From NCBI GenBank assembly GCA_902572695.1, contig CACGGZ010000002.1, positions 1,914 through 65,913 on the forward strand: a stretch of 64,000 nt of DNA. The letters run 5' to 3'. Positions 30,775 to 39,576 of this stretch are shown one piece after another. A model generated the notes under the pieces. It searched no databases and was not told where the DNA came from. It worked only from the letters and a program-made list of their open reading frames with translations. The DNA comes from an uncultured Pelagibacteraceae bacterium. Its GTDB lineage: Bacteria; Pseudomonadota; Alphaproteobacteria; Pelagibacterales; Pelagibacteraceae. A program made the position numbers and the translations under genes. Position 1 is the stretch's first letter, and each line of letters opens with the position of its first letter.

Positions 30775-31193
30775 TCCTCAACGAAGATTTTTTCATCTCT
30801 TTCATGATTTTCTTGAGCCTCGATTGACAAAGTTGCTATTGGTCTTGCTATAAGTCTTTTAATTCCAATAGGTTCACCCGTCTCCTCACAAAAACCATAT
30901 GTTCCTTCTTTAAGTCTTCTTAATGCCGAGTCAATTTTGGATAATAACTTCCTACTTCTGTTCAAAGCTCTCATCTCAACAGATTTATCTGTTAAAGAGG
31001 ATGCTTGATCAACAATATCTGCTGAGGAAACATTATCGTCAGAAGAATTAAGCATATTGCCTAGACTATTTGACTTAACGATGTCTCTTTTCCAATTAAT
31101 AAGCTCCTCTGTAAAAAATTTTTTGTGTTTTGCACACATATATTTCTCTTTTTCGTTAGGAACGTATTTTTTTTTTGTACTTTTTTTCACCAT
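30771..31193 (-). CDS. dksA: RNA polymerase-binding protein DksA
   Basis: Coiled-coil tip DIVDQA, GTYGFCEETGEPIG..RL.ARP; start moved to ATG 31193 (MVKKS). Confidence 0.93.
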   Translation of the reverse strand: MVKKSTKKKYVPNEKEKYMCAKHKKFFTEELINWKRDIVKSNSLGNMLNSSDDNVSSADIVDQASSLTDKSVEMRALNRSRKLLSKIDSALRRLKEGTYGFCEETGEPIGIKRLIARPIATLSIEAQENHERDEKIFVED

Positions 31194-31207
31194 TTTATAA
31201 GCTGCGA

Positions 31208-31235
31208 AGTATATGTTTGAAATTAAGAGTGTCAA
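31208..31235 (-). promoter_or_regulatory. sigma70 promoter of dksA
   Basis: Minus strand TTGACA-N16-TATACT followed by GC-rich TCGCAGC discriminator-like sequence. Confidence 0.65.
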
Positions 31236-31262
31236 TAGACATTAAATTGTATAAATTTAATT

Positions 31263-32639
31263 ATGATTAAACAAAAAAATATAGATAAAGTCTTTAATCT
31301 ATTCTTATTTACTCATTTGTTAATATGGACCTTAGTCCCGTTTTTAACTAATAGAAACCTACCTCTCGACACGATCGAAGCACTTGCCTGGGGTAGTAAT
31401 TTAGAGTGGGGTTATAGTAAACACCCACCTTTAAGCGCTTATTTAAGTGAATTTTTTTATTTAATTTTTGGAAACAATGATTGGGCATATTATTTGTTAA
31501 GTCAAATCTGTGTTGTTTTATCATTCATAGTGATTTTTAGATTTTCAAAAGAATTTTTTAAAAATTCTTATCTTGCTCTTTTATCAGTTGTTGTATTAGA
31601 AGGCATTTATTTTTATAATTTCACAACGCCAGAATTTAATGTGAATATTGCTCAATTACCTTTTTGGTCTTTAACAATTTATTTTTCTTGGAGATGCATT
31701 AAAAAGGAGAAGCAATTAGATTACATTTTTTTAGGTTTATTTGCTGGATTAGGCATCCTATCTAAATATTTATTTATCTACCTAGTTATAGGAATAAGTT
31801 TATTATTTTTTTATTTAATTAAAAAAAGAAAAAAAATATTTTTAAAGAATTATTTAGCTGCAATTTTGACAACTTGTCTAGTTTTGCTACCTCACATCAT
31901 TTGGTTAATTAATAATCAATTTCCTTCAATAGAGTATGGTTTCAGTAGAACAGGGGGGGTTGGCAATTTTTTTGAACACTTCTCTTTACCTTTAATTTTT
32001 TTGGTGAAACAAACACTTTTACTTATACCTTTTTTATTTTTAATTTTTCTTATTGTAAAAAGAGTGAAAATAAAAAAAAAATTTAATGACTCAAAAACAA
32101 TTTTTTTATTTTTTTCAGTTTTAATTCCAATTTTATTGATTTTTATAACATCGATGATTTTTGGAATAAAAATAAGAACTATGTGGATGACGCCTTTTTA
32201 TTTATTTTTCGGTGTACTTAGTTTACATTTATTTAAAATTAATTTTAATTATTTTTCAATTAAGAAATTTATTTTTGTTTTTTCATTTTTTTTCATTCTT
32301 TCTCCAATATTATATGGATATATTTCAATCACCGAGACTACCAAAAGAACAGACTTTTATGGAAAACAAATATCTGAGCTTGTGAAAAGAAAATGGGATA
32401 AAAACTTTTCAAATCAAATTTCTATAGTTGTTGGCGATGAATGGTATGCGGGTAATTTATCTTATCATTTAGAATCTAGACCGAAATGGTTCAGTAAGCT
32501 CAGTGAAAAACAATTAAAAACGATTGATAATGAAGGCGTAATTTATGTAGGAAATCCAGAAATTTTAAAAAAAATATGTCCAGGAACTTTTGGATCTATA
32601 AAGCCAGTAGGATACTGTATGATAGGTGAAAAATGGTAA
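31263..32639 (+). CDS. GT-C fold integral membrane glycosyltransferase (ArnT/PMT_2/Rgt-like)
   Basis: LPLDTIEALAWG..LEWGYSKHPPL loop, LSKY, many TM helices. Confidence 0.8.
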   Translation: MIKQKNIDKVFNLFLFTHLLIWTLVPFLTNRNLPLDTIEALAWGSNLEWGYSKHPPLSAYLSEFFYLIFGNNDWAYYLLSQICVVLSFIVIFRFSKEFFKNSYLALLSVVVLEGIYFYNFTTPEFNVNIAQLPFWSLTIYFSWRCIKKEKQLDYIFLGLFAGLGILSKYLFIYLVIGISLLFFYLIKKRKKIFLKNYLAAILTTCLVLLPHIIWLINNQFPSIEYGFSRTGGVGNFFEHFSLPLIFLVKQTLLLIPFLFLIFLIVKRVKIKKKFNDSKTIFLFFSVLIPILLIFITSMIFGIKIRTMWMTPFYLFFGVLSLHLFKINFNYFSIKKFIFVFSFFFILSPILYGYISITETTKRTDFYGKQISELVKRKWDKNFSNQISIVVGDEWYAGNLSYHLESRPKWFSKLSEKQLKTIDNEGVIYVGNPEILKKICPGTFGSIKPVGYCMIGEKW

Positions 32640-33520
32640 AGTTTTTAATAATGATACCTGTGTTTAATGACTGGGACTCACTTAAAAAGTTGCTTGTAAA
32701 TATCGACAATGAAATAAAAAATTTAAAATCAATCCACGTAAAATGTCTAATTATAAACGACTCTTCGTCAATAGCGCTTAAAAATTTACCTAAAGTGCAA
32801 AATATTAAAGAACTTGTAATTATAAATATGTTAGAAAACAAAGGTCATGCTCGTTGTAATGCTTTTGGGATAAGGTTTCTTTCTAGTAGTAACACTATTG
32901 ACTTTGACCATTTGATACTTATGGATAGTGACGGAGAAGATAGGCCAGAGGAATTAAAAAGTTTAATAAATAAGTCTCTTGAAAATAGAGATGTTTCAGT
33001 CGTTGCAAAAAGAATTAAAAGGTCTGAAGGTATTCTTTTTCAATTATTATATAAATTTCACAAAATAATAACTTTTTTATTTACTGGAAATAATATAAAT
33101 TTTGGAAACTATTCTTGTTTAACCAAAAAAGACGTAAAAGTATTATCAGATAAATCTAGTTTATGGAGTAGTTTTTCTGGCTCGTTTAAAAAACATATAA
33201 AAAATTACAACGAAATTGATTCAGAAAGGGGCCTAAGATATTTTGGTCCCTCTAAAATGTCTTTTTTTAAGCTTCTTATCCACTCTTTTGCGATTTTAGG
33301 AGTTTTTAAATTTATAGTTTTTACTAGAGTTACCTTACTTTTCTTAATTTCTCTGCTTATCAATGTAATGATATTTAAAAGTTTTTATTTTTATATCTTT
33401 CAATTTATTTTAATATTTTTTTGTATTTTGGTTTTTTTAGTTTCGAAAAGAGAGAGCAAATCTGCATTAATTAACTCTGATAAAAATATCGATAATGTTG
33501 AAACTCTTTTACAACAATAA
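32633..33520 (+). CDS. GT2 polyprenyl-phosphate glycosyltransferase (GtrB/ArnC/RgtE-like)
   Basis: IPVFND, INDSS, LMDSDGED (DxD), two C-terminal TM helices. Confidence 0.82.
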   Translation: MVKFLIMIPVFNDWDSLKKLLVNIDNEIKNLKSIHVKCLIINDSSSIALKNLPKVQNIKELVIINMLENKGHARCNAFGIRFLSSSNTIDFDHLILMDSDGEDRPEELKSLINKSLENRDVSVVAKRIKRSEGILFQLLYKFHKIITFLFTGNNINFGNYSCLTKKDVKVLSDKSSLWSSFSGSFKKHIKNYNEIDSERGLRYFGPSKMSFFKLLIHSFAILGVFKFIVFTRVTLLFLISLLINVMIFKSFYFYIFQFILIFFCILVFLVSKRESKSALINSDKNIDNVETLLQQ

Positions 33521-33524
33521 GTTG

Positions 33525-33569
33525 AAATAAGAGTCTAAATAAGAGTCAAAAGTGAATCAAAACAAGAAC
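33525..33569. repeat. tandem direct repeat AAATAAGAGTC x2 plus two degenerate copies, containing three GANTC sites
   Basis: Copies at 33525-35 and 33537-47; GAGTC 33531 and 33543, GAATC 33554, GAAC 33566. Confidence 0.7.
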
Positions 33570-33634
33570 ATCTGCTATTTTTAATAAAAGAATTATTAGT
33601 AAGTTAAATCAATATTATGGAGTATATTGTTTTA

Positions 33635-34000
33635 ATGTCAAAATCTCTTACTTGTCATTGTAAAAAAGTAAAACTTGAAGTTGAACTAGGTGAAAGTTTA
33701 AAAAACCTTATAAAGTGCAATTGTTCAATTTGTATTAGAAGAGGCGCGGTTATGGCAATAGTGAAATCAGAGAATATTAGATTAATAAAAGGTAAAGAAA
33801 TTTTAAAAACATATCAATTTCACACAAAAGTAGCGAAGCATTTTTTTTGCTCTAATTGTGGAATTTACACACATCACTATCAGAGGCGAAATCCAAAAAT
33901 GGTTGGAATAAATGTTGCATGTCTCGAGGGCAAAGAAGAAATTAACTTTAAACAATATAAAGTTTTAGATGGTCAAAATCATCCATTAGATAAAAAATGA
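33635..34000 (+). CDS. GFA (glutathione-dependent formaldehyde-activating)/CENP-V family protein
   Basis: CHC, CNCSIC, HFFCSNCGIYTHH, INVACL; start may be 33617 or 33635. Confidence 0.9.
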   Translation: MSKSLTCHCKKVKLEVELGESLKNLIKCNCSICIRRGAVMAIVKSENIRLIKGKEILKTYQFHTKVAKHFFCSNCGIYTHHYQRRNPKMVGINVACLEGKEEINFKQYKVLDGQNHPLDKK

Positions 34001-34917
34001 CAGAAGAAAATTTAATTTTTTCTAAAATTAAAAAAAAGTATTTAAATTTTTTAAGAAAACAGGAAGTTTTAGGACAACCCTTTTATGATAAATTAGGTCA
34101 ATTAAAAAATTTCTATATTCCGATCTGCAATTCGATATATAAAAAATTCACAAAAAACAAAAAGAAAACTATTATCGTAGGTCTTTCAGGAGGACAAGGT
34201 TCTGGTAAAACAACAATAACCCAAATTTTAAAAATCATAATAGGTATTAAATATAATTTGGATGTTATCAGTTTTTCAATTGATGATTATTACAAAACAC
34301 AAAAAGAGAGATTAGAAATGTCAAAAAAAGTAAGTAAATTATTTCGAACTAGAGGAGTTCCTGGTACTCATGATACCTCACTTCTATTCAAACATTTGAA
34401 AACACTAAAAAAAGATTTTTCAAAACCAATTTTAATTCCAACATTTGATAAATCAACGGATGATAGAAATAAAAAAAATAAATGGAAAAAAATTAAAAAA
34501 AAACCTGACGTAGTTATATTTGAGGGCTGGTGTGTTGGTGCTAAGCCTCAAAAATTAAAAAATTTAAAAAAACCTATAAATGTACTTGAAAATAAAGAGG
34601 ATAAAAATTTGACTTGGAGAAAGAAAGTTAATAATGAACTAAGATTAAAATATAAAAAAATATTTAATAAGATCGATTTTTTAATTTATTTAAAAGTCCC
34701 GAGCTTTAACAGTGTTATGAAATGGAGATTATTACAAGAAAAAAAATTGAAAAAAAAATCAAAAGGAAAAAAGATTATGTCAAATATGCAGGTAAAAAAA
34801 TTTGTAATGTATTACGAGAGAGTAACTAAAGACATGTTTTTAGATTTGAAAAGAAATGCAGACATATTAATACACTTGGATAAAAAACATAGGTTAAAGA
34901 ACTTAAAAACAAATTAA
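33997..34917 (+). CDS. P-loop kinase, plant-type D-glycerate 3-kinase (GLYK/Tda10-like)
   Basis: GLSGGQGSGKTT, FSIDDYY, RGVPGTHD, FEGWCVG, WRLLQE, YERVT. Confidence 0.78.
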   Translation: MTEENLIFSKIKKKYLNFLRKQEVLGQPFYDKLGQLKNFYIPICNSIYKKFTKNKKKTIIVGLSGGQGSGKTTITQILKIIIGIKYNLDVISFSIDDYYKTQKERLEMSKKVSKLFRTRGVPGTHDTSLLFKHLKTLKKDFSKPILIPTFDKSTDDRNKKNKWKKIKKKPDVVIFEGWCVGAKPQKLKNLKKPINVLENKEDKNLTWRKKVNNELRLKYKKIFNKIDFLIYLKVPSFNSVMKWRLLQEKKLKKKSKGKKIMSNMQVKKFVMYYERVTKDMFLDLKRNADILIHLDKKHRLKNLKTN

Positions 34918-36215
34918 TGATTATGAAAAAAATATTTTTTTTAATAGTAATATACTTTTCATTTAAAAATATTAACGCAGAAAATAATTTAATCTTTTTT
35001 TTAGAATCTGCGTTTAAAAATAATCCTAAACTTAATGCAGAAAGAAAGAATTACGAGTCAATTAAACAAAACGTGAATATTTCAAGAAGTGAATACCTGC
35101 CAAGTCTAACAATTACTGGCACACAGAGCAGCACAGAGTCTTTTAACAGAACAGATAATTCTGGGTCAAAATTAAACGATATAAATTTGAATACTGAAAC
35201 AAAATCAATTTCGATCGACCAAAAAATATTTCAAGGCTTTAAAGGATATAACAATCTTAAAAAGTCACAAATAGAAGTGGAAAAAGCATCTTTTGAATTA
35301 AAAAAAGCAGAACAAGAAATATTATTAAACTCCCTCTCTGCTTTTTATGATCTTATTTTTAAAGTAAAAAGCAAAAACTTTAATCTTGCTAATGTTGATT
35401 TATTTGAAAGACAAGTAGAGTCAGATAAAGCAAGATTACAAAAAGGTGAAATTACTTTATCAGATTTGGCTCAGTCAGAGTCATCACTTGCAGGAGCTAA
35501 CGCTCAATTGATAACAGCTGAGACTGATTTAATTAATTCCAAAACAATTTTTGAAAAAATAACCAGAGCTTCTCCCCCAGATGATTTGACGGTAATTGAT
35601 TACATTAATCTAAAACTACCAAAAAGTTTGCCAGAGGCATTAATTACATCTAAAAGAAGTAATCCAACCTTATTAATTGCTAAAATGGACTCTTTAATAG
35701 CTGAAAAAGACTTTAATATAGAAAAAGCAAAGCTAGCACCATCTGCAAGTATTAACTACACAAAATCAGAAAATCAGGAGTTTAGCTCCTCTGTTGATGA
35801 GATTGATGAGGAAACTTTAAAAGCAACTATAAAATGGCCGATAATTCAAGGGGGTAAAAACTATTCAAGTGTTAAACAATCAAAACTTATTAAGCAAAAA
35901 AAAAAGCTACTTTTTAAAGAGGTCCAAAATCAAGTAAATTCAAATACAACAAATGCTTGGTCTAATTATCAATCTTCAAAAAGCGTTTTATCTGCAACGC
36001 AAGCTCAGCTAAAAGCTGCTGAAATAGCTAATGAAGGCATTACTTTAGAATATGACTCAAGCAATACAAGATCAACGCTTGAGTTAATTCAGTCAAGAAG
36101 CCTTCTTTTAAATGCAAGAATTTCGAACGCTAAAGCAGAGAGAGATTTCATTATTTCTCAATTTAACCTTTTAGATCAAATAGGTAAATTAGACCTTAAT
36201 TCTATTAAAAACTAA
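34917..36215 (+). CDS. tolC: TolC-family outer membrane channel
   Basis: Signal peptide, AFKNNPKL, YLPSL, LFERQ..DKARLQKGEIT, two OEP-like repeats. Confidence 0.85.
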   Translation: MIMKKIFFLIVIYFSFKNINAENNLIFFLESAFKNNPKLNAERKNYESIKQNVNISRSEYLPSLTITGTQSSTESFNRTDNSGSKLNDINLNTETKSISIDQKIFQGFKGYNNLKKSQIEVEKASFELKKAEQEILLNSLSAFYDLIFKVKSKNFNLANVDLFERQVESDKARLQKGEITLSDLAQSESSLAGANAQLITAETDLINSKTIFEKITRASPPDDLTVIDYINLKLPKSLPEALITSKRSNPTLLIAKMDSLIAEKDFNIEKAKLAPSASINYTKSENQEFSSSVDEIDEETLKATIKWPIIQGGKNYSSVKQSKLIKQKKKLLFKEVQNQVNSNTTNAWSNYQSSKSVLSATQAQLKAAEIANEGITLEYDSSNTRSTLELIQSRSLLLNARISNAKAERDFIISQFNLLDQIGKLDLNSIKN

Positions 36216-36261
36216 GTTTTATTATTTAAATAATCTCATCTATTTTATATATTGCAAAAAA

Positions 36262-36276
36262 GAACAAAATGTGTAC
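36262..36276 (+). promoter_or_regulatory. alphaproteobacterial LexA (SOS) box in the recA promoter
   Basis: GAAC-AAAATGT-GTAC (GAAC-N7-GTAC) between -35 TTGCAA (36252-57) and putative -10 TACATT (36274-79). Confidence 0.8.
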
Positions 36277-36315
36277 ATTTAATGTATCGATTCGTTAATT
36301 AAAAAAGGATAAAAA

Positions 36316-37410
36316 ATGACAAAAAATAACTTGAAGGTAGTGAAATCAGACAACAAAAAAAACCAAGAATTAAAAGAAAAAAATAAGTCCCTTGAGGCTG
36401 CAATTAATCAAATAGATCAAAATTTTGGAAAAGGCTCAGTTATGAGACTTGGCCAGCAAGAAGCGCTAGATGTAGAGGCAATTTCAACAGGCTCTTTAAG
36501 CCTAGATTTAGCTCTAGGAATAGGAGGTCTTCCAAAAGGTAGAATAATTGAGATTTATGGACCAGAGTCTTCAGGAAAAACAACTTTAGCATTACAAGTA
36601 GTTGCTGAAGCACAGAAAGCTGGAGGAATATGTGCTTTTGTAGATGCAGAACATGCAATGGATCCTGCTTATGCAAAAAAACTAGGAGTCAAAACAGATG
36701 AATTATTAATTTCTCAACCAGATACAGGTGAACAAGCTTTAGAAATTACAGACACATTAATAAAATCGGGTTCAGTATCAGTTTTAGTTGTAGACTCAGT
36801 TGCAGCTTTAACTCCTAAAGCCGAATTAGAAGGTGAGATGGGAGATCATCACGTTGGTTTACAATCAAGATTGATGAGTCAAGCACTTAGAAAAATAACT
36901 GGCTCAGTTTCAAAATCAAACACAATGGTCATCTTTATAAACCAAATAAGAATGAAAATTGGAGTTATGTTTGGTAATCCAGAGACTACTTCTGGTGGAA
37001 ATGCCTTAAAATTTTATTCTTCTGTAAGAATGGACATTAGAAGAATTGGAGCTATTAAAGATAAAGATCAAATAATCGGGAATACTACTAGAGTTAAAGT
37101 AATTAAAAATAAAGTTGCACCACCATTTAAAGTTGTAGAATTTGATTTAATGTATGGAAAAGGCATTAGTAAAAATGGTGAGCTTATAGATTTAGGTGCA
37201 AAAGCAGATATTATAGAAAAATCTGGAGCCTGGTACGCCTATAAAGGTGAAAAAATAGGACAAGGCAAAGAAAACGCCAAACTTTATTTAGAAAAAAATT
37301 CTAATATCGCTGATGAAATAGAAAAAGCTATAAGAGAAAAAGCCGGTATGATTGCAAAGGAAATGGAAGGCAATCCATCTCCAAAAGAAAAAATTAGCAA
37401 AGAAGATTAA
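36316..37410 (+). CDS. recA: recombinase A
   Basis: [52 protein letters not shown]. Confidence 0.99.
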   Translation: MTKNNLKVVKSDNKKNQELKEKNKSLEAAINQIDQNFGKGSVMRLGQQEALDVEAISTGSLSLDLALGIGGLPKGRIIEIYGPESSGKTTLALQVVAEAQKAGGICAFVDAEHAMDPAYAKKLGVKTDELLISQPDTGEQALEITDTLIKSGSVSVLVVDSVAALTPKAELEGEMGDHHVGLQSRLMSQALRKITGSVSKSNTMVIFINQIRMKIGVMFGNPETTSGGNALKFYSSVRMDIRRIGAIKDKDQIIGNTTRVKVIKNKVAPPFKVVEFDLMYGKGISKNGELIDLGAKADIIEKSGAWYAYKGEKIGQGKENAKLYLEKNSNIADEIEKAIREKAGMIAKEMEGNPSPKEKISKED

Positions 37411-37421
37411 TAGCCATCTCA

Positions 37422-37445
37422 AAACGGGAGAGTAATCTCCCGTTT
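37422..37445. terminator. hairpin after recA (probable terminator)
   Basis: AAACGGGAGA-GTAA-TCTCCCGTTT perfect 10-bp stem with GNRA loop; short U tract. Confidence 0.7.
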
Positions 37446-37571
37446 CCCATAAAACATCAACCTTTAATTGATTTATTCAACATTTAGTGTGTCCAAAAAT
37501 AGACCTAAAAATTCATATATACAAATTGGTTCATTTTGGTTTTAATATAACATTAAACAAAAGGGGGAAAA

Positions 37572-39125
37572 ATGAGTACACAACAAGCATCAAGCTCGAA
37601 AGTGTCATCATCTTTAGATACCTCTCATTTGAAGGTTAAATTTCCATTTAAAGCTAAATATGGAAACTACATTAACGGAAAATTTGTAGAACCTAAATCT
37701 GGAAAGTATTTTGATAATACTACTCCAATCACTAATGAAGTTATCTGTAAGGTGCCACGATCGAATGAAAAAGACGTTAATTTTGCTCTTGACGCAGCCC
37801 ACGCAGCTTTTCCTGCATGGGGTAAAACATCAATCACAGAGAGATCAAATATTCTCTTGAAGATTGCAGACGTCATAGAGAAAAATTTAAACGTTTTAGC
37901 AACAGCAGAGTGTTTAGACAATGGTAAGCCAATCAGAGAATGTATGGCTGCAGATTTACCTTTGGTAATTGATCATTGGAGATATTTTGCAGGAGTAATA
38001 AGAGCAGAGGAAGGTTCAGTTGCTGAAATCAGTAACAGTGAATATTCTTACCATATACCTGAGCCACTAGGTGTAGTTGGTCAGATTATACCATGGAACT
38101 TCCCATTATTAATGGCTACATGGAAATTAGCACCAGCATTGGCAGCAGGAAACTGTGTAGTTTTAAAACCAGCTGAACAAACACCAGCATCAATAATGCT
38201 TTTGATGGAACTTATCGGAGATCTATTACCAGCAGGTGTTGTTAATGTTGTAAGCGGATATGGTCTTGAAGCGGGTAAACCACTTGCATCTTCTAAAAGA
38301 ATTAAGAAGATAGCATTTACTGGTGAAACTACGACTGGACGTTTAATAATGCAGTACGCATCTCAAAACTTAATTCCAATCACTTTAGAATTAGGTGGTA
38401 AATCGCCAAACATTTTCTTTGAAGATGTAATGGCTAAAGATGACGACTTCTTTGATAAATGTTTAGAAGGTTTTGCTATGTTTACGCTTAACCAAGGAGA
38501 AGTTTGCACTTGTCCAAGTAGAGCTTTAATTCAGAAATCTATCTATGACAAATTTATGGAAAAAGCGATTGCAAGAACTAAAGCTGTAAAACAAGACAAT
38601 CCTTTAAAAATGGAAACCATGATAGGAGCTCAAGCCTCATTAGAACAAATGGAAAAAATCAAATCTTATCTAGATTTAGGTAAGAAAGAGGGTGCGAAAG
38701 TTCTAACTGGTGGAAGCATCGCTAAATTAAATAGCGGTTTGGAAAAAGGAAACTATATCCAACCGACTATTTTTGAAGGAAAAAACAATATGCGAATATT
38801 CCAAGAAGAGATTTTTGGACCAGTTGTATCAGTTACAACTTTCAAAGATGAGAAAGAAGCATTAGAGATAGCTAATGATACTCTTTATGGACTTGGCGCA
38901 GGTGTTTGGACTAGAGATGGAAACATTGCATACAGAATGGGAAGAGGTATCGAAGCAGGTAGAGTTTGGACAAACTGTTACCACGCATACCCAGCTCACG
39001 CTGCATTTGGTGGATACAAACAGTCAGGTATCGGAAGAGAAACTCACAAAATGATGTTAAATCATTACAGACAAGTGAAAAATTTACACGTGTCATACAG
39101 TGAGAAAAAATTAGGCTTCTTTTAA
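37572..39125 (+). CDS. aldB: NAD-dependent aldehyde dehydrogenase, AldB/ExaC (acetaldehyde) type
   Basis: [62 protein letters not shown]; SD AAGGGGG. Confidence 0.9.
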   Translation: MSTQQASSSKVSSSLDTSHLKVKFPFKAKYGNYINGKFVEPKSGKYFDNTTPITNEVICKVPRSNEKDVNFALDAAHAAFPAWGKTSITERSNILLKIADVIEKNLNVLATAECLDNGKPIRECMAADLPLVIDHWRYFAGVIRAEEGSVAEISNSEYSYHIPEPLGVVGQIIPWNFPLLMATWKLAPALAAGNCVVLKPAEQTPASIMLLMELIGDLLPAGVVNVVSGYGLEAGKPLASSKRIKKIAFTGETTTGRLIMQYASQNLIPITLELGGKSPNIFFEDVMAKDDDFFDKCLEGFAMFTLNQGEVCTCPSRALIQKSIYDKFMEKAIARTKAVKQDNPLKMETMIGAQASLEQMEKIKSYLDLGKKEGAKVLTGGSIAKLNSGLEKGNYIQPTIFEGKNNMRIFQEEIFGPVVSVTTFKDEKEALEIANDTLYGLGAGVWTRDGNIAYRMGRGIEAGRVWTNCYHAYPAHAAFGGYKQSGIGRETHKMMLNHYRQVKNLHVSYSEKKLGFF

Positions 39126-39140
39126 CCAATAATATATAAT

Positions 39141-39165
39141 GGCCCATGATTCTTAATCATGGGCC
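39141..39165. other. perfect 11-bp hairpin between aldB and the DUF779 gene
   Basis: GGCCCATGATT-CTT-AATCATGGGCC; no downstream U tract. Confidence 0.8.
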
Positions 39166-39176
39166 GAAATATACAA

Positions 39177-39533
39177 ATGAAAGTATCATTCACATTATCA
39201 GCAAAGAAACTACTCAATGAAATTAAAGAAGTTCACGGTAATGACCTTTTGTTTCATCAATCGGGTGGATGCTGCGATGGTAGCGCGCCTATGTGCTTTC
39301 CAGCAAAAGAATATCAAGTAGGAAATAGCGACGTAAAGCTAGGAGAAGTAGATGGAACCCCTTTTTATATGAATGAAGATCAATATGAAAAATGGAAACA
39401 TACAGATTTGACTATTGATGCTGTTAAGGGAATTGGAGGCATGTTTTCCCTAGATAATGGAACAGGGCAAAGATTTTTAACAAAATCTGAAATTTGCGTA
39501 GTAGTTGACAACGATAAAAAAGCTACAAACTAA
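39177..39533 (+). CDS. DUF779 family protein
   Basis: FHQSGGCCDGSAPMC, WKHT.L.ID, GGMFSL, RFLT; usual partner of AldB-type genes; start moved to ATG 39177, outside the hairpin. Confidence 0.88.
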   Translation: MKVSFTLSAKKLLNEIKEVHGNDLLFHQSGGCCDGSAPMCFPAKEYQVGNSDVKLGEVDGTPFYMNEDQYEKWKHTDLTIDAVKGIGGMFSLDNGTGQRFLTKSEICVVVDNDKKATN

Positions 39534-39576
39534 TCTCTTTATAGACAAGTTCTAAAATATCTGTATTTAATTAAAT

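Noticed and set aside
33525-33569. Possible CRISPR array or iteron-type origin
   Set aside because: Repeats are 11-12 bp with no spacers, and no cas or rep gene is present
37520-37545. TTGGTTCATTTTGG as a sigma54 promoter for aldB
   Set aside because: Does not match TGGCAC-N5-TTGC spacing or the GC dinucleotide; no enhancer-binding protein nearby
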